DNA of 32,000 bases from Pirellula staleyi DSM 6068 (lineage in GTDB: Bacteria; Planctomycetota; Planctomycetia; Pirellulales; Pirellulaceae), in assembly GCA_000025185.1 (NCBI GenBank), contig CP001848.1, forward strand, positions 2,400,001-2,432,000, in the 5' to 3' direction. Of the stretch, positions 22,683 to 30,661 are shown piece after piece. Each line of letters starts with the position of its first letter. The first letter of the stretch is position 1. Below the pieces are notes generated by a model. It did no database searches, was not told the origin of the DNA, and was given only the letters and a program-made list of their open reading frames with translations. The position numbers and the translations under genes were made by a program.

Positions 22683-23777
22683 TTAGTTTTGCGAGACTGC
22701 TTCGCCACCATTGCCGCTGTGCATAGCGCGATGAACGAGCAGGTCGATCGAATTGGGGAGGAGTCGCACGCCACCATCGGCGGTCATGGCCATCGCCCCA
22801 CCCGGATGAAAACTGCGCGGCGCAAAGAACCCGGTGAAGTGCGTCACGACGTCGGGAATGCGGCTGTTGGGGGTGCTATAGCCGTTGGTCAGCGTGCTCA
22901 TCGCGCCGCTGTGGGCCCACGACGTGCCACGGCCGCGCAGTGCCGCGCTGGCAGCTCCGCGCCAGCTCGTTTTCTGCGGCCAAATCGTCGCCAGGTCGGG
23001 ATTCTCGATCGATCCGCTGGGGCCATTACTCCAGCCGCCACCACTTCCCGACATCCCGGGAAAGGCTTGCAGCGTTGCAGTGACTCCCGACGAGCCGTTG
23101 AGCGTTGCTTGATACGGGGCCTTCGGAAGCTGACCTGCAGGGAGCGTGAAATCGGGACCCACGCTCCGCACCGTTTCGCTCATGAACACCGTGTTCGATG
23201 TTCCATCGGTCAGATCGGCAAAGCGGGCCCCCGAGTTCTCGTACACCACACCATCGGTGCGCCAGCGGAGGTCGTAGTTCGTACCGGTGCCACTGCCGAA
23301 ACTGACCATGTAGTTGATGCCCGAATAACGCGCGCCCCCCGCCCCTTCGTTAATGACCGGAGCAGGATCGCTTGGGCACAGCGCCACGGTGATCGGCTGG
23401 GCAAACGATGCCGCAAACGCGGGATTTGGAACGAGCGCATTGAACGGACCGGTGAACGCCGGCTGAGCAAAGTCGAGCGTGTTTTGGAGGTTCAGCTGTT
23501 CGATGAACGGCAGCAGTCGCGCTTGCGGCGAAAACCCCTGCGTGTTCGGCAAATAGTTCTGGGCATTCGTCATCGGAAATGCGCCGAACGTATCGTGGTA
23601 GTTATGCGCGGCGAGTCCCCACTGCCTGAGTTGATTCGAGCACTGGGTGCGACGCGCAGCTTCGCGTGCGGCTTGCACTGCCGGAAGTAGCAGCGCCACA
23701 AGCACGCCAATAATGGCAATCACAACGAGTAGTTCCACCAAAGTGAAACCTCGTCGACGGGAATAGGTACGGGACAT
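22683..23777 (-). CDS. DUF1559 protein with prepilin-type N-terminal cleavage/methylation domain (planctomycete pseudopilin-like family)
   Basis: The N-terminus is [61 protein letters not shown]. The C-terminus is [23 protein letters not shown]. Both ends are canonical for the family. Confidence 0.92.
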   Translation of the reverse strand: MSRTYSRRRGFTLVELLVVIAIIGVLVALLLPAVQAAREAARRTQCSNQLRQWGLAAHNYHDTFGAFPMTNAQNYLPNTQGFSPQARLLPFIEQLNLQNTLDFAQPAFTGPFNALVPNPAFAASFAQPITVALCPSDPAPVINEGAGGARYSGINYMVSFGSGTGTNYDLRWRTDGVVYENSGARFADLTDGTSNTVFMSETVRSVGPDFTLPAGQLPKAPYQATLNGSSGVTATLQAFPGMSGSGGGWSNGPSGSIENPDLATIWPQKTSWRGAASAALRGRGTSWAHSGAMSTLTNGYSTPNSRIPDVVTHFTGFFAPRSFHPGGAMAMTADGGVRLLPNSIDLLVHRAMHSGNGGEAVSQN

Positions 23778-24070
23778 GATGATGGGAGTCTATGGAGTTG
23801 CTGGGAGGTGGTAGGTTGCTGAAGTCGGTGCGCGAAGATGCCGCGCATGCATCGGCTGCTGATGCGACGGAGTTTCCTCGCGACGCTGCCGAGTCAGTTG
23901 TTCGATTCCAGGTGCCCCCGCGCAACAGCGATCGTCACTTTGTGAGGAGCGAGCCACTTCTGGTGACGCGGAGGCGTGTGGAAGGTGCGATCGAGAAACC
24001 ACCCGCGCACAGGAATCGGTAGAGCCAGCCACTGGCTAGCCAAGCGAGACGCGCGCAAGGGGAGATCGCG

Positions 24071-24682
24071 TTAGAGAGCCACGCTTCTTGGTGGCGGAAC
24101 AGCTGGCGCGTAAGCCAAAGATGTTAGCGACTGGCGCGCGAGAAAGATCGGCTCACTCGTAGTGGTCGGGGCCACACTGAGCGGCAGTGGGGATACGTTG
24201 ATAGCGTGACCAATCGAGAGCCATGTCGAGGTTTTGCCGCGGCACTTGTCGTACGCAGCGATCGATGCCCACGAGAGTCGCAGCGTCGGCTCGTCGCTGG
24301 TGAGCTCGTCGGAGGCCGCATCGCAGCAACTCTTAGCAGTTGCACAGGGCTGAGGAGCCGCAGGTTTGTCGCAGCAAGACTTGCTGGCACTACAACAGCT
24401 TCGCGAGACGCCAGCTTCTTTCGCAGCGGCGGCCACTACATAGCTCGGCGGCTGCACGCCATGCTGCTTGGCCCAAGCCAGTTTTTGCTGGTTGGTGTGA
24501 CAGCAGCAGCTTCGCCAACAGGCATCGGCCGACATGCATCCGCACGCGCGATGCATACAGGGGAAGGGACGCGAGGTGTCCTTGGAAGTGATGTGGGCGA
24601 CAGGAACCCCGAAGCACGAGATCCCAAAAGCGCAGAGCAGAATCCCACTCAAAACGGACTGTATCCGTTTCGATCGCAGCAT
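24071..24682 (-). CDS. Cys-rich membrane-anchored/secreted hypothetical protein
   Basis: The start is chosen at MLRSKRIQSVLSGILLCAFGISCFGVPVA, a signal or anchor; the ORF track starts 11 codons earlier at 24715. It has 17 Cys, including FPCMHRACGCMSADACWRSCCCH and three SCC units (SRSCCSASKSCCDKPAAPQPCATAKSCCD). It lies on the same strand as, and 293 nt upstream of, the DUF1559 gene. Confidence 0.6.
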   Translation of the reverse strand: MLRSKRIQSVLSGILLCAFGISCFGVPVAHITSKDTSRPFPCMHRACGCMSADACWRSCCCHTNQQKLAWAKQHGVQPPSYVVAAAAKEAGVSRSCCSASKSCCDKPAAPQPCATAKSCCDAASDELTSDEPTLRLSWASIAAYDKCRGKTSTWLSIGHAINVSPLPLSVAPTTTSEPIFLARQSLTSLAYAPAVPPPRSVAL

Positions 24683-24886
24683 CGGGATTCTCACGCTAAA
24701 AAACACGGGGGCCAAACCTCCAACGGATAGTTCGGCTCACTCCTCACATCCGTAGCTTAGTCTGGCTCTCGCCGCACGACAACTGGCACCACCCCGATAT
24801 TCCGACTCGCGGCTGGCCACTTCTTTCACGCATCCCCAGAACGAAAACTTCGCCGTCAGCTTCCTCAGCCTTACCCCTCGCGCATG

Positions 24887-24918
24887 AAAAAAGCCCTCGA
24901 TTGCTCGAGAGCCTTTTT
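24887..24918 (-). terminator. hairpin terminator downstream of tRNA-Leu
   Basis: The plus strand reads AAAAAA-GCCCTCGA-TTGC-TCGAGAGC-C-TTTTT. Read on the minus strand, the imperfect stem (5 + 2 bp with one mismatch) is followed by a T6 run. Confidence 0.45.
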
Positions 24919-24950
24919 AGCATTCGCTTTACGTCCAATCTGCTCGTTAG

Positions 24951-25033
24951 TACCAGAGGTGGGAGTCGAACCCACACGCCCTTGCGGACACAGGATTTTG
25001 AATCCAGCGCGTCTGCCATTCCGCCACTCTGGC
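24951..25033 (-). tRNA. tRNA-Leu (anticodon CAA)
   Basis: The reverse complement is GCCAGAGTGGCGGAATGGCAGACGCGCTGGATTCAAAATCCTGTGTCCGCAAGGGCGTGTGGGTTCGACTCCCACCTCTGGTA. The GTGGCGGAAT.GGCAGACGCGC D-arm is typical of tRNA-Leu. The anticodon loop is TT-CAA-AA, there is a long variable arm, and the T-loop is GGTTCGA. The acceptor stem is 7 bp with G1-U72. CCA is not encoded. Confidence 0.9.
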
Positions 25034-25471
25034 GTGAAACTTGTCCCCTTCGCGAATGCTTTCGCAGGGGAGTTTGCTCACTGCTTTTCAGCCGGGGGTT
25101 AAGCCCCAGCCAAACCACGAGTATCGCTGGGGAAGAACTTTTTTTCAAGCGGCCCCAGCGGGTCGGAGAGGAGCTTCCTGCGAGGAAACGGCGCGCCGCT
25201 CCCCTCATAACCGGAATCGTCCCGGAGCGTTGTTGGGCTCGAGAGCTACTGACCTTCACAGGCCTCGGCTGGTTCACGCGCGCCATCGCCCAGGGCTCTG
25301 CAGCGGGAATAACTGCGGAATGATTGCGAGGGGGGCGGGGGTGCTCTATTCTAACGGGGGGTATGACAGCCGCTGTCCCTTCGAAGCAGGGCAGGGGTGG
25401 CATTATGGTGAGTTACTCGCCCGTAATCAGCAGCAATTGCTGGGATCATCGGGCGGCAGGGAGTGGATCAG

Positions 25472-28400
25472 ATGGCGAGTGCAGGTTCTGGAAGCAGCCA
25501 GCCGAGCGGCGCGAGCGGATTTGATCCCTATCACGAACTGCTCGGAATCCCCGCGATTGAACAGCCGCCGACCCACTATCGTTTGCTGGGACTGGCAGTT
25601 TTGGAATCGAATCCCAAGGTGATCGAGCGCGCCGCTGATCGGCAGATGCAGCACCTGCGCACCATGCAAACCGGCCCCTACGCCGCTGCCATTCAAAAGC
25701 TGCTCAACGAAATCTCGAAGGCCCAGGTCGTGCTGCTCGACCCCGCTGCCAAAGCCAAGTACGACACCCATCTCCAGGCCCAACTCGAAGCCACCCAGCG
25801 TGCCGCGACGGTTAGCCATTTAGAACCGCTTCAGCCGATGACCGAACTCTTGCCCACGGCCGACCCGCTTCTGGCTGGCTTCACAGCCCCAGCAACCACT
25901 CAATCTCCCGGCGTTGTGCGACCTGCAAAATCTCAGCACAACCTTTCAATGGTTTTCGTGGCAGGTGGTATCGGCGGACTTGCTGCAATAGTTGTGCTCG
26001 CCATCGTGGTTTGGCAAATGCAAAGTCCCCCCGCACCTGAACTCGCTACAGATACCACGAATAGCCAGGATCCTACGGCGGTCCCCTCTTCCACCGCCCT
26101 GCCTCCTCCGCTTCCTCTTCCACCACCTGCTCCGAGTTCAAGCGAACCACCCAAGCCGCCAGCTAATCCCGGGAAGAGTGCCGGTGAGCAATTAGCTTCC
26201 GAGAATGGTTCGACAATGTCGCCATCCATGGAGGGTCAGCCATCGACCACCGATCTGCCGACAGGTCCGAATGAAACGCCCGAAAACACTTCCGAGCCCG
26301 CAGCACCTTCAGGGACCGGCATCGAGGAAGATGTTCCACAGACTCCTAATGATCCGTCGGCCGCGCAGCTATCTCAAGAAACACGTGCCGAACTCGATCA
26401 AGCGAAGGCAGATCTTCGTGTTTACCCGAAGTTTGAAAAGTATTACACCCATCTCGATGCACACCCTGAGCAGTTGGCGACTAACGGTCCAAAGCTCGCG
26501 CAAATACTTTGGGACGAGGTGACGACAAATCAGATTATCGCCGACCACAAGCCTTCCTTTTTGGCGGCGATGGAAGAGGTCGAACGACTTGCGCTCGCGG
26601 GAGGGAACTATGAACTAGCGCTGCGGACGATCGATGCGCGGCTGGGGCAAAAGTCCAGCATTTTTCAGCTTCCCGAAGCTATGGCAACGAAGCTTAATGC
26701 GCTCGATGTCGCAACCGCAATGGCTGCCGCACCACGCGCCACCGCAGAAGTTCGCAAGGAAGTACAAGAGTCACTCCTCGCGGCAATCGAGGAAGTTATC
26801 GAGCAGCGACGTGCTCTCTCAATCGCTCCCTTGGTGAAAAATATTCTCGAAATCACTCGAACCTCACAGGATCGACTGGAAACCATTCCGCGACTACTGG
26901 CGATTGTTGATCGGGCGATAAGCCAAGCCGATCTCAGCTCGGCTGTGGCGTGCTTGGAGGGGGCTGATGAGCTGCTCAAAAAAGTGATCGGCAAAGAGCG
27001 TCTTGCCCTCACACAGCTGCGAGACCAAACCGACATCAGGCTCAAAAACTTTCAAGCGTTTGAAGTTGCCCAAGCGGACTTGAAACAGAATCCCACCAAC
27101 CCTTCTGCCAACGAGAAGTTCGGGCTGTTGCTGCTCGAACGGGGCAAGGTGGATGAGTCGCTACCGTTCCTGGTCCAGTCTGCGTCGCCTGAATTGAAGC
27201 AACTGGCGATGGCTACGAGCCAGGCGGGGGATGATGCCAGTAGTCTTGAAATGCTGGCTGATCGCTGGAGTGGCCTCGCCACGGCGGAGCGTGTTGGGCC
27301 TGCAATGATTGCGGAACAACTATTGCGGCGGGCGCTCGACCAAGAAGGTCTCAAGGGGCTCGCTCGCGCTGCTGTCGAAGTCAAGCTGCAACGCATTGAA
27401 AAACTCACGGAAGCAAGCAAGGCAAGCATCGCAGCGGCACCCACGTTACCCCTCCCGAACAATTCCGAACAAGGATCTCCATTACCTGGCTGGACCAGTT
27501 TGCCCAAGAATCGATGGTTCGAGGCACTTCCCCTGATCGACTTTTGCGACGATGTCGCCTGCGGATATTGGTACAACGACAATACCGTGCTCTGGGTCGC
27601 GCGCCAAGGGAAACCCATTTCCAAGATTGAAGTCCCCCTGCAACTCGGTGGTTGCGACTACGATTTGCAGCTCGATTTCGAGATCGTGGATGGCGAGGAT
27701 CGGATGGTGGTTCACTTTCCCTTGGGAACCGAATCGACCTACTTTGTGCTGGGGGACTATACCGATCTTGGTAAACGGACCTTCTTCTATCGTGGCCGCC
27801 CATCCGAGGAACTCAAATCCGACGAGTTTATCGAGGGTAATATCGTCAAGCTGAAGCAGCGCTATCGGCTGCTGCTCACTGTTCGGCAAAAAGAAGGCGG
27901 CGCAGAGCTGGCCTCGTTCCTCAACGATAAGCCGGTGCTCTCCACTTTCTTGCCTCACGAGCATGCGAAAAACGATGGGCCTTGGAATGCACGCGACCCG
28001 CAGCGGGTTGTGCTTACGTCGCTCGATGCCCAGTCCGTTTACTACAGTTTGCGCGTCAAGATGCTAACGGGAAATGGTCGCTATCAGAAACCGATCGCAT
28101 CTGACGAACGCTGGCCCCCCAAAATTCGCTCGCTCAAAACCTTGCCGCTGACATCCCTCCCATGGACCTCGATTCAAGCAAACTACGAGCCCGTGGGTAA
28201 CTCGAAAGATCCGTCCAAGCCTGTTGTTCCTGGCGTGAAAAAACCGGTGATCGACGGGAAGGAGTGCGACGACTTTATATTTGCACATGCCAAGTCGCGT
28301 GTGACCTACGACATCCCGCCGAAGGCAAAATATTTCACGTCGTACTGCGTGAATGTGAGATCGGTGTCGGCCTCTTTTTCCGTACGGATCGACGGGGTCG

Positions 28401-28543
28401 AGCTGTTTAGGACCGAGGGGAAGGCGATTTCGCGCTGCCTTGTCGAGATACCGCCGGGTAGTAAGACGATCGAGCTCATCTGCGGTGACATGGGAGACGA
28501 TTCCTTCGATCACACCATGTGGGCCTATCCGGCATTTCGCTGA
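25472..28543 (+). CDS. large membrane protein: J-domain-like N-terminus lacking HPD, TM helix, Pro-rich linker, helical region, jelly-roll-like region and C-terminal NPCBM-like domain
   Basis: The N-terminus is FDPYHELLGIPAIEQPPTHYRLLGLAVLESNPKVIERAADRQMQHLR...LLDPAAKAKYD. The TM helix is MVFVAGGIGGLAAIVVLAIVVW (25949-26014). The Pro-rich segment is PPPLPLPPPAPSSSEPPKPPANP. The C-terminal about 140 aa (KECDDFIFAHAKSRVTYDIP..YFTSYCVNV...FSVRIDGVELF...IELICGDMGDDSFDHTMWAYPAF) resemble the NPCBM/NEW2 pattern. ATG 25472 is preferred (GGGAG upstream); GTG 25463 is possible. Confidence 0.75.
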   Translation: MASAGSGSSQPSGASGFDPYHELLGIPAIEQPPTHYRLLGLAVLESNPKVIERAADRQMQHLRTMQTGPYAAAIQKLLNEISKAQVVLLDPAAKAKYDTHLQAQLEATQRAATVSHLEPLQPMTELLPTADPLLAGFTAPATTQSPGVVRPAKSQHNLSMVFVAGGIGGLAAIVVLAIVVWQMQSPPAPELATDTTNSQDPTAVPSSTALPPPLPLPPPAPSSSEPPKPPANPGKSAGEQLASENGSTMSPSMEGQPSTTDLPTGPNETPENTSEPAAPSGTGIEEDVPQTPNDPSAAQLSQETRAELDQAKADLRVYPKFEKYYTHLDAHPEQLATNGPKLAQILWDEVTTNQIIADHKPSFLAAMEEVERLALAGGNYELALRTIDARLGQKSSIFQLPEAMATKLNALDVATAMAAAPRATAEVRKEVQESLLAAIEEVIEQRRALSIAPLVKNILEITRTSQDRLETIPRLLAIVDRAISQADLSSAVACLEGADELLKKVIGKERLALTQLRDQTDIRLKNFQAFEVAQADLKQNPTNPSANEKFGLLLLERGKVDESLPFLVQSASPELKQLAMATSQAGDDASSLEMLADRWSGLATAERVGPAMIAEQLLRRALDQEGLKGLARAAVEVKLQRIEKLTEASKASIAAAPTLPLPNNSEQGSPLPGWTSLPKNRWFEALPLIDFCDDVACGYWYNDNTVLWVARQGKPISKIEVPLQLGGCDYDLQLDFEIVDGEDRMVVHFPLGTESTYFVLGDYTDLGKRTFFYRGRPSEELKSDEFIEGNIVKLKQRYRLLLTVRQKEGGAELASFLNDKPVLSTFLPHEHAKNDGPWNARDPQRVVLTSLDAQSVYYSLRVKMLTGNGRYQKPIASDERWPPKIRSLKTLPLTSLPWTSIQANYEPVGNSKDPSKPVVPGVKKPVIDGKECDDFIFAHAKSRVTYDIPPKAKYFTSYCVNVRSVSASFSVRIDGVELFRTEGKAISRCLVEIPPGSKTIELICGDMGDDSFDHTMWAYPAFR

Positions 28544-28565
28544 GCCACGGCGCGAGATTGCTCGT

Positions 28566-29174
28566 TTAGCGGCGGGTGCTCAGCAGCTGATCTTTGAGAG
28601 CAACATCCATCGGCTTTTTGCCGAACCAGATCGAAAAATAGGCCGAGGCAAATTCGGGGTCGCGCACGTTGCCGAGCATCTTGCCATTGAGCGTCAGCCA
28701 AGTGCCGACCCCTGGCAGGTAGGTCAGTGCGTAGCGATCGCCCGGTTTGATATCGCGATAGAAGCTGTGCAGCTCGTCGATCGCAGGGCGAAGTTGCTTG
28801 AGCTTGTCGGCCGGGACATTGTCGACGAGCAGTTTCTCTGAAGCGGCGACGATATCCTTCGCCTTGAGCGACCAGAAATACTCGATCTCGATCCGTTTGG
28901 GAACGTCGGCGAGAGGATCGCGCAGGTCTGCTTTTTCGTCGATGTAGAGCGCTGCGGCGAGCGCTTTGAACACGGTTTTGTAGTACATCAGCCCACAGCC
29001 TTGCAGCTGCAGATTGGTGTCGCCCGCTTTCAGCCGATCTTCGAAAGCCACTTTGTCGACTTCAGCACCGCCGAGTGGCGAAGTGATAGAGCCGACCACC
29101 ATAGCGCCAGCTAGTCCAAGGAAAGAGCGCCGCGCAAGTCTGCTGGGACGAGTCGAGTGATTGGTTGTGGTCAT
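28566..29174 (-). CDS. chalcone-isomerase-like domain protein with twin-arginine (Tat) signal
   Basis: The N-terminus MTTTNHSTRPSRLARRSFLGLAGAMVVGS contains an RR-x-F-L Tat motif. The CHI-like core reads LQLQGCGLMYYKTVFKALAAALYIDE...AYFSIWFG. The start is chosen at ATG 29174, which has AGGA upstream; the ORF track starts at 29237. Confidence 0.7.
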   Translation of the reverse strand: MTTTNHSTRPSRLARRSFLGLAGAMVVGSITSPLGGAEVDKVAFEDRLKAGDTNLQLQGCGLMYYKTVFKALAAALYIDEKADLRDPLADVPKRIEIEYFWSLKAKDIVAASEKLLVDNVPADKLKQLRPAIDELHSFYRDIKPGDRYALTYLPGVGTWLTLNGKMLGNVRDPEFASAYFSIWFGKKPMDVALKDQLLSTRR

Positions 29175-29338
29175 CACGTACATCCTGGGGCGTGAACGAT
29201 GGGGCCAAGCGCGGCTGGCGGACGAATCGCCGCGCACTATGTCACGATCTGTGATACGTTACCAGAGCGGCAAGGGATCAGTCCCCGCACTTGAGTTTTG
29301 CCGACCACTCGAAGCCTGTTTGGGAGGTGCTGCTAGCA

Positions 29339-30634
29339 ATGTTTCAACGTAGGCCTGCAGAGCGATTGACGGTGGCTGTTGACAGCGTGTTAAAGCTATT
29401 TCTGCTAGCGGCAATGCTGCTAGCTGCTCTCCCTATTGTGCTGATTGCAGAAGAGCCGCCAGCAGCTGCGCTGGAGCGTCCCGCCCCGGTGGTGATGACC
29501 GAGCGCGGCCGCGAAGTGCACCGCGCTGCGTGGGTGTTTGATGGTCACAACGATTTGCCGTGGGAGATGCGAACCACCGCCTCGAGTTCGTTCACCAAAC
29601 GGGACATCGCTCAGCCGCAGCCCGCGATGCATACCGATATTCCTCGACTCCGAGCTGGCAACGTTCGCGCACAGTTCTGGAGTGTCTATGTCCCGGCCGA
29701 AACTTCCAAAGCGGGAACCGCGTTCACCGATACGATCGAGCAGATTGATTTGGTCGACGAAATGGTGCGCAAATATCCCGCCCACTTTGCGTTTTGCACC
29801 AAGGTGTCGGAGATCGAGGCTGCTGTTCGCGACGGCAAGATTGCCTCGCTGATTGGGGTTGAAGGGGGGCATGCGATCGAGGATTCGCTGGAGAAGCTTC
29901 GGCAACTTCGCAAGCGTGGCGCGGCCTACATGACTCTGACGCACAGTGACACGCTTCAGTGGGCTGATGCAGCGACCGATAGCGCGAAGCACGATGGTCT
30001 TTCCCCGTTTGGCGAAGAGGTGGTGCTGGAGATGAATCGTCTCGGGATGCTCGTCGATCTGTCGCACGTATCCGACGCCACGATGCGCGACGCCCTGACG
30101 ATTTCTCGGGCACCGGTGATCTTTTCGCATTCGTCGGCCCGCGCGATTGCCAATCATCCGCGGAACGTCCCCGACGATGTGCTCAAGCTTGTACGCGAGA
30201 AACAAGCGGTCGTGATGGTCAACTTCTTTCCCGGTTTTGTTGTCCCCGAATCAGCCGAAATCATGAAGGAACTCTTCAAGGTATCGCGAGCACTGCGGGC
30301 TGAGTTTCCGATGGAAAGCGACTACCGCCGCGAACGCCGCAAGTGGGAAGCGACGCACCCTTATCCAGCGGGCGATATTCATCACGTGATCGACCACATC
30401 ATGCACTTGGTGAAAGTGGCCGGGGTCGATTGCGTCGGTATTGGGAGCGACTACGACGGGATTACGAAAGTGCCGAAGCAACTCGAAGATGTTTCGACCT
30501 ATCCGCTGATCACCGAGGCGCTGCTCGAGCGCGGGCTAGAGCCAGCCGATATCGAAAAGATCATGCACGGGAACGTGCTTCGCGTGATGCGAGCGGCTGA
30601 AGAAACGGCACGCTCGCTGAATGCGGCTCGCTGA
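29339..30634 (+). CDS. membrane dipeptidase, peptidase family M19 (renal dipeptidase-like)
   Basis: The motifs VFDGHNDLPWEMR, QFWSVYVP, LIGVEGGHAIEDS, MTLTHSDT, VDLSHVSD, IFSHSSARA and GIGSDYDG are the M19 metal-ligand/active-site blocks. An N-terminal hydrophobic anchor reads LFLLAAMLLAALPIVLIA. ATG 29339 is preferred over TTG 29291. Confidence 0.9.
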   Translation: MFQRRPAERLTVAVDSVLKLFLLAAMLLAALPIVLIAEEPPAAALERPAPVVMTERGREVHRAAWVFDGHNDLPWEMRTTASSSFTKRDIAQPQPAMHTDIPRLRAGNVRAQFWSVYVPAETSKAGTAFTDTIEQIDLVDEMVRKYPAHFAFCTKVSEIEAAVRDGKIASLIGVEGGHAIEDSLEKLRQLRKRGAAYMTLTHSDTLQWADAATDSAKHDGLSPFGEEVVLEMNRLGMLVDLSHVSDATMRDALTISRAPVIFSHSSARAIANHPRNVPDDVLKLVREKQAVVMVNFFPGFVVPESAEIMKELFKVSRALRAEFPMESDYRRERRKWEATHPYPAGDIHHVIDHIMHLVKVAGVDCVGIGSDYDGITKVPKQLEDVSTYPLITEALLERGLEPADIEKIMHGNVLRVMRAAEETARSLNAAR

Positions 30635-30661
30635 TGTTTAGAGAGCCGCAAGCGGTGCGAT

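Noticed and set aside
24716-25471. tRNA-Leu as the boundary of an integrated genomic island.
   Set aside because: No integrase, recombinase or transposase is in the window, and I noticed no direct repeat of the tRNA 3' end. The flanking genes have typical planctomycete content. An exhaustive repeat search was not possible by eye.
24744-25622. ORFs 24744..25403 (-), 24901..25323 (+) and 25041..25622 (+) around the tRNA.
   Set aside because: They overlap the tRNA-Leu gene and its terminator, or run through obviously non-coding sequence. They have no RBS or family motifs.
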